From Eledone cirrhosa (Eukaryota): 64,000 nucleotides of DNA. The position numbers and the translations under genes are program-made. Positions 22,800 through 35,610 of this stretch are shown in pieces. Below the pieces are notes generated by a model that worked only from the letters and a program-made list of their open reading frames with translations, was not told where the DNA came from and made no database searches. Positions within the stretch are counted from its first letter, which is position 1, and each line of letters opens with the position of its first letter. Where the stretch lies: positions 312,418,001 through 312,482,000 of the forward strand of contig OZ024740.1 of NCBI GenBank assembly GCA_964016885.1. The letters run 5' to 3'.

Positions 22800-24300
22800 G
22801 TACTTTCAAAGAATGTAAGGCACAAGTGCAGTGTGAACTCCAAACAGCAAAAGATTCATGTTGGTGCGATAAAGGTGAGATGGTAAATCATTATATCACG
22901 AACTGCGTACAGTGTATGGCCCACTCAACGTAGTTTTTGCTCCACTATGGTCAAAGAATGGAAACAAAGTGTTGCAAAATCCTGATGAAATCAAGGCAAG
23001 ATGGCATGAACACTTTAACAACATCCTAAGCCACGCATCTTTAGTTAATCGCGTGATTGAGGCCATTGAATAGGCTCCTGTCATTAACAAGCTTGATGAT
23101 CCTCCTACATTGGAAGATGTTGAGACAGTGATGGGACAAATGAACACTGGTAAAGCACCTAGGAAGAATGGTAGAGTGACCAAAATAGTGCAACAAGGTT
23201 GTCCCAAATTAAATGATCAATTGCATAACATATACCACCAGGTGTGGTTAAAGGATGCAGTCCCACATGACTGGAAGGATGCCATTCTCATCTCCCTTTT
23301 CAAGAAGGGACCCAAAGATGTTTGTGATTGGTTGGGATTTCTCTACTATCTCTACCATTCTCTATTTTGTTTGCCATCTTTTGTTGTTGTTGTTTTGCTA
23401 AAAGCATTCACTAATACTGATGAGACACATATATACGTTATCAAGCAACAGGAAGGCTGTTTAACATCCCATGATTCCTCACCACATCAAAAACATATGT
23501 CACACTGATACATAATCTTCTTTATGCAGATAATTGTGATCTTGTTAGTCACACAGAAGAAGACCTTCAACTTCTGATGGATTCCTTCTCGGCAGCATGT
23601 GATGAATTCGGGCTGACAATCAGTTTGAAAAAGTCAGTAGAGATGTAGTAACATGCACTTAGAAAGCTATATATCCCTCCATGTATATCTGTCAAAAGAA
23701 AAAATTGAGCTTTGTGGATATGTTTGTAAGATACCGGCTGTTTAAAGCTTCCGATGTTTTTGGAAACTGGAGAAGTGCCTGTGGTCACAGTCAGACATCA
23801 TTGTGCACATGAAAGTTGAAGTGTATCAGGCATGTGTGCTTACAGATTTACTGTATGGATATGAGATATGGACAACATACTATGGGCATATCCAGCGTCT
23901 TGAACATTTCCACCAACAATGCTTGCGCTCCATCCTCAAGATCTCATACTCCAGACAATGATGGGCTGCAGCTGGCCTGTATGTGAAGCATTGAGAGTGC
24001 TTCAGGTGGACAGGTCATATAGTACACCTAAATGACAGTAGAATCCCCACGCAAGTTCTGTATGGCGAATCGTTGCAAGGCAAACACTTATGTTGCAAAC
24101 CACACAAGTCTTCAAAGACTGCTTGAAAGATACCTTGAAACATGGGAAAATCATGCAACTGACAGAGCCCAATGGTGAAATCTCATTGCAGCCGGTGTTA
24201 AGGAATTTGAAAAGCAGAGGGCCTATGACAAAGTGAAGTGAGCAGCTAAATATATGGGGGATTAGTCTGCTCCCAGAATGAGGTTTAAAAGAAACTCTTA
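22800..24300 (+). mobile_element. Old, heavily decayed RTE (BovB-like) LINE of a second family
   Basis: RWHEHFNNIL, GKAP, VPHDWKDAILISLFKKG, ADxC, FGLTISLKK, LYGYEIWT, RWTGH remnants. Confidence 0.75.
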
Positions 24301-25049
24301 CCAGTGGGGTATGCGAACATGTATGTTTGTCAAAAGCTGGGTTACTAAGCCATAACAGACATCATATTCAGGGAAATAACAGCTTTGAGTGCCCCATGCA
24401 GCATGATTTTGCATCTGGCTTCTGCAATAAAATGTGCCACTCAGCAAATGGGCTAACACAGCAGCATAAGGCCATGCCAGCCAAACTCAAGCAAGTTGGA
24501 AACTTAACTGCACACTGTGTTGTAAGTCACTTCCTGGTTGGCTGAGTCATCTAAGGTGGCATCAGTGACAGAAAGATCAATAACATGTTTTTGGAGTTGT
24601 CTATTTGTTCCTTTTTCTCCGTTCTAAGATGTGTCCATACTCGAACACGAGTAGGCTTTCCACTATGTGTGTGCGTGCGCGCGAGCGTGTGTATAAGTAA
24701 GTGTGAGTGCATGTGTGTGTGTCATCATCATCACCGTTTTTTCCACACTAGCATGGGTTAGACGAGTTATCCTGTTGTGAACAGTCAAACCAGGAAGTGA
24801 GTGAGTGTGTGGATGTATGGGTGTGTATGTCTGAATATATGTCTGCGTGTGTACGAGCACACACGCGTGTCTCTGTATAGGTTTTCCTATAAAAAAGAAT
24901 TTCGCAAAGATGCTTATAAGGGTAAAAATATTGACAAAAACACACAAAAACAAACAAAATTGACAACAACAATGACAACAGCTGCAGTAGTAGAAAAAGA
25001 ACGGTGTTTTATTATTTTTTTTTTATTTCAATGTCATTCTAACTAGGAA

Positions 25050-25555
25050 AAAAATAACTGCAATATTCAAGGGAAGCATCTCTGTACTTAGAACACTCAC
25101 AGTTTCGCTAGTTTTAGTATTGTACAACCTCTTCCCTTTCGAAGGAGGTAAATCCCACATCTGGGACGCGACATGCTGTAACACGGTCTCCGTCTCCAGT
25201 TTAGCCATTTCAGACACAAACCCCGGTACTCACAATGCAGAGGACAGGATGACAGGCAAATTTCGGAGCTTGTCTTAGCATCACTCAGCAAGACCTTTGT
25301 CAGCTGCTCTCCAGCTATCTATTTAAAGCTGTATATAGCTATGGTGTGGCCATACTTAGAATTTGCATCACCAATCTGGAACCCCTTTCTTGCTCAGAAC
25401 ATTGACCTCCTGGAAACTGTTCAGAGACGTGCAACCAAGCGAATACCCTCCATCAGGCATCCACCATACTCTGAACGCCTTGCTTCCCTGGGCATGGATA
25501 CATTGAAGCTCCGACGTCTGGCAACTGACTTGGTAGACACTCACAAAATTATCGC
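25050..25555 (+). mobile_element. CR1-group LINE 3' RT fragment
   Basis: YIAMVWPYLEFASPIWNP..IDLLETVQRRATK..YSERLASLG..L..RR..DL..HKI. Confidence 0.85.
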
Positions 25556-25859
25556 AGATCCGGAGCCCAAGCCTCATGGAAACCTTGATTCACAGGCTAT
25601 CATTAGCCAGTTGCATCCCTGTTTCGAGTTTTGGGTTGTAAAATGATGTTACAAATCTCATGCCTCTTTTTCTTTTTTATTGAATTCAATATAAATAAAT
25701 CGCCAGTGATGGATACTACTGACTAAAATACTTAATAAAATCTACAAAAGAAGCGCCAAGGATTCTAATGTGTGTGTGGGTGTGTGATTAAAGCGGCGTT
25801 AGATCGTTATTATATATTTACGATCCTAAGCTATTTATAAAATTTGAATTTATTGTTCA

Positions 25860-26240
25860 CTAGCGAAGCGACACTCTGATCTCCAAGCTACACACTCTAT
25901 CGAGTAACATTACTCCAAAGACTCTTTGGAGGAACCCCATTTCGGCCGCTTGTATTCGCAATTGTATTCTTTCGGTCATTACTCTAGATTCATGACCATA
26001 GGTAAGGGTTGGCACTAATACCGAATTGAAGATAGCGAATTTGGAATTTGAATCTACCTCTCTTGTTCTGATAACCGAATGCTGAAACTGGTGCATTACT
26101 GCACCAGCTCCTGCAATTTTGGCACTTAATTCAGCCTTCCATCACTTCTGAACACGGCTCCAAGATACTTGAACTTCTCCACCTACTTCAGTGGAACTCC
26201 ATTCACATGTAAAGTGCACAGAGCAGGCTTCCTTGAGATA
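25860..26240 (-). mobile_element. RTE 3' RT fragment
   Basis: VEKFKYLG, VLVPTLTYGHES, RIQAAEMGFL. Confidence 0.8.
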
Positions 26241-26569
26241 ATATGTATATACACTCATGCATTTGTGGTAAAATGAATGTATCCTAGTTGGATTGTTTAT
26301 CGACATAGATGTGAGGGAAGGTCCCTCGTCTATTTACCATTTTTGTAAGTGAGAATTATAACAAAGTGAGTGGGTGTGTGCGTAAACAAGACAATAACCA
26401 CAACGAGAGTTATATTCAACAATTGTAAATATTGGTGATGTTTATTTTGTTTATATATGTTTATTATATTACAAATGGAACATACCAAATATAGACGCGG
26501 TCAGTTGTGGTGAAAGGAGCGTATTACAATTACAAAGGTATTGTGGGGTTTGCTGTTTGCTGTTCCCTT

Positions 26570-29530
26570 GGCTGTAAAGGTACCCAGGGGAGCCTTGACG
26601 TGTCGATGGACCTTTGATTTCTGGCAAGCGACGCAGGAACAGCACCAAGCAGCAATTTCACGCCTCATATTTGGCCAGAAAAATCTAGCTGATATGAGCT
26701 TTGCTGTGGCAGAAGATCCTGGATGCGAGAAACCATGTAGTGCCAGAAACACGGTCCGACGATGATTCTCTGGAACAAAGGGCCTAGGCACATCCAAAGA
26801 GACGTCGCAGAGAATTTGGCCAACTGCAGTCGACAGAGGCAAGTATTTCATCTCGCAATTCGCAAACTCGGGCGATGTAACATCCAATGACTCAAGGGGA
26901 GGCTGATCCGCAGCCAAACGAGTCAGATCTATGTCAGAGGGTGACGAGATCGCTGTCACGGGTAAGCGGGACAAGGCATCGGCCGCTGTATTTAGTGAAC
27001 CCGGAATGTGTTGGATATCATTCGTATATTGCGAGATGAAATCAAGGTGTCTGGTTTCTCTGGGCGAGTATTTATTAAGCCTTCGCTCTCAACGCAAAAG
27101 TCAATGGTTTATGGTCAGTGAGGATAGTAAATAGTCTACCCTCTAGCATATGTGAAAAATGTTTCACGGCCAAATAGATGGCCAAAAGCTCTCTTCCAAA
27201 GGTGTTGTAGCGCGTCTCAGCAGGTTTCAGCTTTCTGGAAAAAAACTCCAGCGATTGCTGGTAACCATTGATGTTTTGCTGTAGCACTGCGCCCACAGCG
27301 ATATCCGATGCATCAACACAAAGCGTTATATTTGCACCGGGTACCGGGTGAGTCAGTAACGAAGCATTAGCCAAAGCAGTTTTGGCATGCTGAAAATCAG
27401 CAAGTTGAGTGTCGGTCAAAGAAATGTCTTTGTTCTTCTTCCGACAAATTTTTAAAATTTCTGTCAGGGAGAAAAGCAATCTTGCACAATTTGGCACGAA
27501 ACGCCTATAAAAGTTAATCAGGCCTAAGAACTAGCGTAACTGACGTAGTGAGGTCGGTGGAGGCAAATCCTCTATGACCTTAACTCGCTCAGGCCGGGGT
27601 CGAATACCGTCAGCATCGATGACGTGATCCAAGAAAGTCAGTGACTCAGCACCAAAAACACATTTGGGTGCATTAAGCTGCACGTTATACGCCTTCAATC
27701 GGCGGAAAAGAAGATTCAAATGGTGCGTATGTTTCTCTTGAGAAGAACTAGCAATGAGGAAGTCGTCAATATAGGTATAGACGAAATCGAGGCCACGAGT
27801 AACCTCATCCATAAACCGCTGAAACGTACTAGCGGCATTCCTTAATCCAAACGGCATGGTCAAAAACTCAAATGACCCAAATGGCGTAACTATAGCCGTT
27901 TTTGGAATGTCATTTTTATGGACAGGAATTTGATGGTACGCACAAATTAAATCCAGTTTGGAGAATATCTTGCATCCCTGCAACGAAGACGCAGAGTCTT
28001 GCAGATGAGGGATAGGATAACGGTCCGGTTCCGTTATCGAATTTAAGCGTCGATAATCTCCAGTAGGTCTCCAATCGCCAGTCGCTTTCGGTACCATGTG
28101 TAATGGGGACGCCCATGGGCTCGTGGACGGACGAATAATCCCCAACTGCAGCATATGATCAAACTCTGATCATGCTGCTTTGAGTGTGTCCGGAGGCAAG
28201 CGACGAGGACGAGAAAAAATGGGAGCACCAGTTGTAGATATGAAGTGCTCCGTGGTATGAGTTGGCTCATCAACTCGAAAATTTCCCTGAGTCAGTTGCG
28301 GGAACGAGTTCAACAACGCATGGTAAGTATCACCGGTGTTAGCAAGAAAAAAGGTCGGGCTAACCGTTGGAACTCCTGCTGCCTTGCCAACAACAGTTAA
28401 ACCAGTGATGCCATCAATTAGGCGTTTACGACGGAGGTCCACTGTCAATGAAAAATGGTGGAGAAAATCCGCGCCTAGTATCGGATACGGCAAGGCAGCG
28501 ACAGTAAATATCCATTTAAACTCGCGCCGCAGATTACGGAACTGCAAAGGTAGCGAGATTTGTCCGAAGGTTCGAATCGGCGAACAATTTACTTCCTGCA
28601 ACTCAATAGGTGTCTCAGGGGAGTCTCCTTCATACAACACACACAGGCCATACTGAACAAACTGCACCTGTGTCCACCAGAAAGGCTCTACCTGATAGCA
28701 GGTCCTCAATGAAAAAGTGGCGGTTGGATGATGTTTCGCAGAGCGCACTATCCGCCGTTAGTGACTCTGGTCGTCGTTTCCCATGTAAGCACAAGGAGGC
28801 CTACAACGGGCGGCTTTGTCACCATATTTGTCATGGTAATAACAATATGGTGGTTTTGGTGTTTTGGAAGGGCTACGGTGGCGATGAGTTGAATAACATC
28901 GTGAGCGGCTCCTCTGCCGTCCAAAAGACCTGAATTCCTGGCACAACTCTGCCATTTGACGAGTCATGGCTTCCATTGTGGTGACTAATTTCTCATCACT
29001 CGCTGATGAGCGTGATTGAGGAAGAGAAGAGGAAGCAACGTACTTTGGCTTCGAAGTGTCTCTCTTCGTCACTTCTACAATTTTGTCAGCAGAGACAGCA
29101 ATGTGGTCGAGGGTATTTACCTCTAGCATATGGGCTAGGATCGCCTGTACCTCTTGAGGTAGGCGAGAGAAGAACAATTGTTTCAGGAAAGGGCTATCCT
29201 GATCTTGGGAATCGCTCAAATCCCGCAAATGCCGGAGAAAAGCGGTAGGGGTCCTGTCACCTAATCGTTCGTCCTCGATCAATGACCGAAAACGACTCTC
29301 TACCAACTTACAGTTCCTTCTCAAGATCTCGCCTTTTAAAGACTCATACGTTAAGTCAGAGGGGGGGAGGTCTGTAATTAGGTCTTGGACCGAATCTGCT
29401 AGATTAGGGGGGAAGTCCGCTAATCAAGACAGCGAGGCGCTGGTCAGACTCGGTCTTACAGACCGTAAAATACGCCTGTAGCTGGGCCAACCACAGCTTA
29501 GGGTTTCCGGTAAAGGCGGCACATTCATGG
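26570..29530 (-). mobile_element. Decayed Ty3/Gypsy element of CsRn1 type (gag-pol, no LTRs found)
   Basis: Gag with CHCC motif CYYHDKYGDKAARCRPPC; protease FLVDTGA..ILGADFL; [22 protein letters not shown]; RNase H DASD..RELLA..TDHKPL; integrase H..H..C..C then truncated. Several stops and frameshifts. Confidence 0.92.
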
Positions 29531-30090
29531 TAAAACGTTTAAAATTTAAGAAAATATATATTACACTATAATGTATATTTATACACACAAATATATATGT
29601 ATTACTTTCCAATCACAAGGTTCTAATCCTACATTTGTCCCTGTAAAAAGTTATTTCTTCTAAGTTACTCATACATTTACCCCTGTATGTCATCTGTCCA
29701 TATATGCTGAACATTTATGTAATTATATTCTAGAAAAATATTATTATAATAACATTTTCACCTTTAATCATTCCTGTGTCAGTAATCAACATAATCTAAA
29801 GTGTTTCTCTTATACAAATAACTAATTTATGAAAATATGAATTTCTAAATTTGGAAATGATTCTTCCTGTATCCAGTAATCCTGGTAAATTCTGCATATC
29901 AAACCTAGTTTCTAAAAATTGAATACATTCAATACTATTGTTGTCATTATTGATGGCACTGTTGCTCTGGTCACTGTGATTACATTCACAACTTTATAAT
30001 AAAACAGTGATAATGAAAAATAACGAAGTAAAAGTAAAATGAAAACCGTGAAATTCCGTTAAAAGTTGGCCTTGGCAGACGATAGTTACA

Positions 30091-30144
<54 letters not shown>

Positions 30145-30146
<2 letters not shown>

Positions 30147-30750
30147 CTCGCTAAAGTACCCGTCCTTTGGACGGTTCAAGTAGCTTTCGATGTAGCTCAT
30201 TAAACTAAACAAAGTAAATTTGAATATATAGAAGAAAAACGTACTTTATGTAAACATGAAAACCTTAGGCACTATTCCAGCGAAATAATTAATGTGAGCT
30301 CGGTGTCATCCGTTATCCCATGTAACAACAGAAATCTAGTCTAGGTATAAATTTTTTTGACAACAACCTTTTGTTTCAAGTACAAAGAAAAAAGTAAAAT
30401 CTGAATGAGCCGAATTGTAATAATCAAAATCCCAAAACAAAATTTTTGACATCAAAAATGAGTTCCTATTGTATTGACGAAAGATAATCACGAAATATTG
30501 ACGAAAGATAACCCTTGTCTTACTTAATCACTAAAATTGACACAAATAACCGAAACTTTTTCAATGTCTCCAAAAGCCCCAATATCGATTTTTGAAAGCT
30601 TTTGTAGATCATGTACGGGTTTTGTGCAAGGAGAAGCTCTGTAAAAAATTTCAAAGAAATCGCACGAATGGTTTAGAATATATGAGCTCTCATTAAAAAT
30701 TGTCCACACACACACACATACAGAAAACCTCATCTTTATATATATATACA
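30145..30750 (-). mobile_element. Non-autonomous Helitron-like repeat
   Basis: One end has TACTCGC..TACCCGTCCTTTGGACGG (hairpin); the other has ACACACATACAGAAAACCTCATCTTTATATATA. Same architecture as 41108-42085. Confidence 0.45.
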
Positions 30751-30761
30751 GATATATATAT

Positions 30762-33490
30762 AAATCATTAGAGAGGTTGCCCATTACTCCTCGCGACGTT
30801 GCTGTCTTTTGCTCTGGTGTTGGCTCCGTTGTTCATCCCTTCCTTTACATTTTCTTTTATATTGTCCAACAATAGGTCTGACTGGCAGAAATTGTTTTTG
30901 TTTCCCTTCATCTCTCTTCACGTGCACAATACGAATTCGGGTTCCCTCACGTCCTCTCTCAAGCGGCAGTTCCATCTGTTTGAGTCCACCCCAACCACGT
31001 CTCATCTCAGTTCGACATCGAGCTCGGTGTCCACCAACAGACAACCGGTAGACCTCAAGCGAACGGTCAATGCCAAATTCAGCGAATTTGACATTAAAGG
31101 GGCTGTCTGTCTCCTCTCTTCTCTGTCCTCCCTTGCTCCGTGCAACTCTGATTCTCTTGGGCGTCTGAAAGAGAAGCACCCATCGGCACCCCCAGATAAT
31201 CAGCTACACTGGCCTGGATCACCAGAATACCCGAAACCGGTTTACACCACCGATATCATCAGAAAGGCGATTTCATCCTTCCCCGCTGGGTCAGGTGCGG
31301 GAATTGACGGCTTTCATCCTCAGCACCTCAAGGATGGTATCTCCTTATCGGCTGGTGATGCCGGATTCAAAGTCTTGGAGAGTCTGACTCAGTTTGTGAA
31401 TCAGTTCTCTTCAGTGAATGTTCTCCCGTTCATCCGCCCACTGTTCTTCGGTGCGAAGCTATTTGGTCTCACCAAGCCCAACGGTGACCTGCGCCCCATT
31501 GTCTGCACTATTCGCCGCCTCACTGCAAAGGCGTGTTTTCTGTTGGTCTCCGACTCACTGGCGGAGGAATTTTCCCCCATCCAGCTGGGGGTGGGTACCA
31601 GGTTGGGATGTGAAGCTGCTGTCCACGCTACCAGAGCATTTACCAACTTGCCCTCCTCGTCCCCCAAGGTCATCCTCAAACTTGACCTCAAGAATGCCTT
31701 CAACTCTGTCAGCCGCGACATCGTCCTCGGCTCAGTAAGAGAGGTTCCCACAACTCTACCACTTTGCTTGACAGGCTTATCGGGAGCCCTCCTACCTTTC
31801 TTTCGCTGACCAGATCATCACCTCTGCCTCAGGAGTCCAACAGGGTGACTCACTTGAGCTCTCTCTGTTTGCACTGGGCATTGATGACGGCACCAAGATG
31901 GGGATTGAGTTGGACCTCAATGTCTGGTACCTCGACGACGCCTGTTTGGGGGGAACTCCGGATATGGTTCTCGCCACTGCCAACAAGATGGCGGAGGAGC
32001 TTGGCCGCCGGGGTCTACAGATCAATAGCTCCAAATGTAAGCTCTGGATCCTCAACCACCCGGCTTCTCAACACCAACAGCTGATCGACCTGTTCGCAAA
32101 GTCCTTCCCTTCCATCGCGGTCCCTCTCCCGCCGGCGGCTTGGTGCTCCTTAGGAGCCCCAATCACAGACCTAGCCTTCGAGTCAATCTTCCAATCGAAG
32201 ATGGTTGGCCTTGAGCAGCTGCTGAGGAATATCGAAGTTATCGAACTCCATCAAGGTTTCTTCATACTCAGGAACTACCTGTCTATTCCTAAGCTTCTGT
32301 ATCTGCTCAGGGTCAGCACCTCTCACAGATTTCCGTCCTGACTCCAACGCTTCGACGACCTAATCTTTGAGAGACTCGAGTGCCTTGTCAATGTTAGACT
32401 CTCTCCGGAGTCCCGCGATCAGGCTGCGTTGCCCAAGCGATTTGGGGATCTTGGTCTTCGTAAGTGTTCGTCCCTCTCTCTCCCCTGCTTCCTTTCCTCC
32501 ACCCACGCTTGCTCCACCCTGGTGAACAGCATCATCTCCTCTCCAAGATGGACTAGTTCCAACAGGGAGTTGGGTGAAGCTCTCCAGCAATGGAGTGAGT
32601 TGGGCTTGTCTCTTCCTGAGAAGGTGGAGGACAGTCGAAATCAGAGAACTTGGGACAGCACAAGTTCGAAGGCCACCTTCGACTCCCTCTTAGTCCAGTC
32701 AGATCAGTTTGCAAGGTGCCGCTTACTATCTGCAAGCGCCAAATACTCAAGCGACTGGGTCGATGCCCTACCCGTGGCCAAAGTTGGTGGCCTACTCAGC
32801 CTGGACGAACTTCGTGTCTCCATCGCCCTCAGAGTGAGAGCTAACGTCTGCATGGGTTTGAGGTGCCAATGCGGCAAACTCCTCGACTCCACAGGCCCCC
32901 ACGGTCTTTCTTGCCGCCTGAATGCCGGTCGCCTCGCGCGACACACGGAGCTAAACCTCATTCTGAAGAGAGCTTTGGCCCGGGCGAATATCCCCTGTCT
33001 TGGAACCATCTGGGTTGTCCAGAAGTGACGGCAAAAGACCTGACGGTCTTACTCTGTACCCCTGGTCGAGAGGTAGGTGCCTTGTCTGGGACGTCACTGT
33101 TAGTGACTCTTTTGCTCTTTCCCACATCCTGGATGTTGCGGTTAGGACGAGAGCCACAGTTTTTGCAGCCGAGCGGAGTAAGACCCTCAAATACTCTGAT
33201 CTGTCGGCCAGCTACATTTTCCAGCCTGTGGCTTTCGAGTCGTTTGGGGGAGTCGGGCCGCTGACTGCGAGGTTCCTCTCTTCACTGGCGGCTCGCCTAA
33301 TAGAGGTGACTGGCGATTCTCGCGAGGGCGCTTGGCTGTTTCGGCGCATCAGCCTCGCCATCACCCGAGACAACGCTGCGAGTGTGCTGGCTTGCCTAAA
33401 AAATCATTAGAGAGGTTGCCCAGTACTGGCGACGTTGCTGTCTTTTGCTCTGGTGTGGGCTCCGTTGTTCACCCCTTCCTTTACATTTTC
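30762..33490 (+). mobile_element. CRE-clade non-LTR retrotransposon (RT + zinc knuckle + RLE), frameshifted, with ~90-bp direct repeats
   Basis: LKEKHP, DLRPI, QLGVG..GCEAAVHA, KLDLKNAFNS, GVQQGD, WYLDD, LGAPI, CQCG..HGLSC..RH..LN, DGKRPDG..WDVT, FQPVAFESFG. Repeats at 30762-30854 and 33401-33490. Confidence 0.9.
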
Positions 33491-33829
33491 ACTAATACTG
33501 TAACATTAAAAGAATATATCTCACTGAAAGAATCACGAGCTATTTATAATGTTGTCTAAACATTTGTAATGTTATTTATGTATATATTTAAAACATATTT
33601 GTTATGTTATTCTACTGTAAATTTATTTATATGCTCTGTTTATATTTTAATTCTGAAAGAATTGCAAACGATTTGTAATGTTATTTATACAACTGTGAAT
33701 AAAATTTAATAATATATATATAAATTATTGTCTTATTTACAAAAATATTTTTCTAATATCGTGTTTAATATTTCGTATTGTGTCGTGTGGTTTTCTTCCA
33801 TTTAATCACGACTTAGCTCTCAACTGACA

Positions 33830-34280
33830 CCCCTTCGTTTACTAACTGTCTCTTTCTTCAGCCTCGTCTTTCTCTCTCTTTATGTCAGCCCCTTCTCTCA
33901 TACAGCATTTTCTCTGTCTGTCTCTTTTCCCTTCCTTATATGTTTCTTTCTCTCTGTTGCTGTTTCCCTCCTAAAGTCCTTCTCTTTCTTTTTGTTTCCC
34001 ATCTCTCTTCTTCTGCACTTTCGACTTTCCTCTCTTTCTCAAATCCTTCTTTCTATTTTTTCCCCTCTTCTTTACTCTCTGTCTCTCCTTCTTTCTCTCC
34101 CTCTCTGCCTTACCTCATATTCACTCAACATCTTCCCCTCTCTTTCTGCAGGTCCTCTGTATTTCTCTGCTTTTCTCTCCGCCTCACCTTACTCTTCCTG
34201 TGTCTTAACAACTGACCCCCTACTACCAAGACACTATCTCATTCCTCTCACTCCACCTCTTCTCTTCTACGTTCTTTGTC
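33830..34280. repeat. Pyrimidine-rich (CT) low-complexity tract
   Basis: Read directly from the sequence. Confidence 0.85.
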
Positions 34281-35610
34281 CTGGAATAAAATTGTGGGTG
34301 TGCAAAATCAGATTTATTGTACAGTCGAAGGGAAGTAAATTTGTAAACATACAGAACGACACCAAGTCCAAATTTGGGCGCTCAACCAGATAAAAATGTC
34401 TCGAACAAAATAAATAAATTAATAAAACACGACTGTGAAACATCAATGTATTCACCATAATTACACTCACAACTTTATAATAAAACATTGATAATGAAAA
34501 ATAACGAAGTAAAAATAAAATGAAAACCTAAACATCGTGAAATTCCGTTAACAGTATTCATGGTCTTGGCAAACGATAGTTACACGTGTATTTGTGAGTG
34601 TGCGTAAGTATATTTGCGTGTATACATATGTAGTGACCTACATTCCGAGGGCTCATAGATACATTCTCCGTATCTTGTTTGGCTCAGTTCAGCCAATCGC
34701 TACCAGCATAGGAAAATCTATCTCGACCTCCGGCCAGAGGGAAGAATTACCGCGGCGATTCGAAACTTTCTCTTTTTCAGCTTGACACCGTGAAGGTAAA
34801 CATCTCTTGCCTTCGTTCCTTCAAGCATAGACAATATGTAGCAACAAATATCACTAGGGGACTGGCTAACGCCTCAGCCAGTTGACCGTACCTCTTTAAA
34901 CCTTTATAACCTTTTTATTGATAACATTAACTATCCTCTCAAGAGACATTCTTCTAACCTTTGTAAATAAATTATATATAAACAATTATAAAGTCGTAAG
35001 ATGCTATTTTCTACAACATTGCTTTTAACATCTTCAATGGTGACTTCCGTGATACAATACACAAATACACACATTCTCAACACAAACATCTACTAAACAA
35101 CCTCTTCTAAACATATATATGACTCGAATTCTCTTTGTGGTTGTCCGGTGTTAGAAAGAGCAGCCAAATCTTATATATAAAAAACACCGTTCTTTTTCTA
35201 CTACTACTGCTGCTATTGTTGACATTGTTGTTGGTAATTTTGTGTGGTTTTGTATGTTTTTGTCAACTTTTTTTGCCCCTATAAAGTGTGGTTAGAAAAA
35301 GCTATCTCACTTACCGCTTTTCACAGGCGCCGCTAAATTCCGCTGCAGGTACTCCTCTTCCACGTGCGTCCGACTGCTTAAAACCGGGAGCTGCCCAAAA
35401 CGCGTCCTCACCGTATGCTGGTCACCACTAGAGAGAGGCCCTCTCCTGGCCCTTCCGGTCGAGCATCCTTCCGGTCAAAGACCCCTTCCGGTCGAGCACC
35501 CCCCCCCCGGCCACCGCACGCCACACCATACCCACACGCCCCCCTGATCTCAAGGATCAATTTCCGCCTCGTCCCTCTGCATATGAAAGTCTGCCGTCCA
35601 GGTCGGTGGT

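Noticed and set aside
16815-23430. CTGATGA matches at about 16818, 17687, 22982 and 23417
   Set aside because: Inside LINE coding remnants or lacking a properly placed stem II and GAAA; chance matches.
26240-26570. Possible LTR for the CsRn1-type Gypsy
   Set aside because: No matching repeat at the gag end, and the integrase is truncated at the junction.
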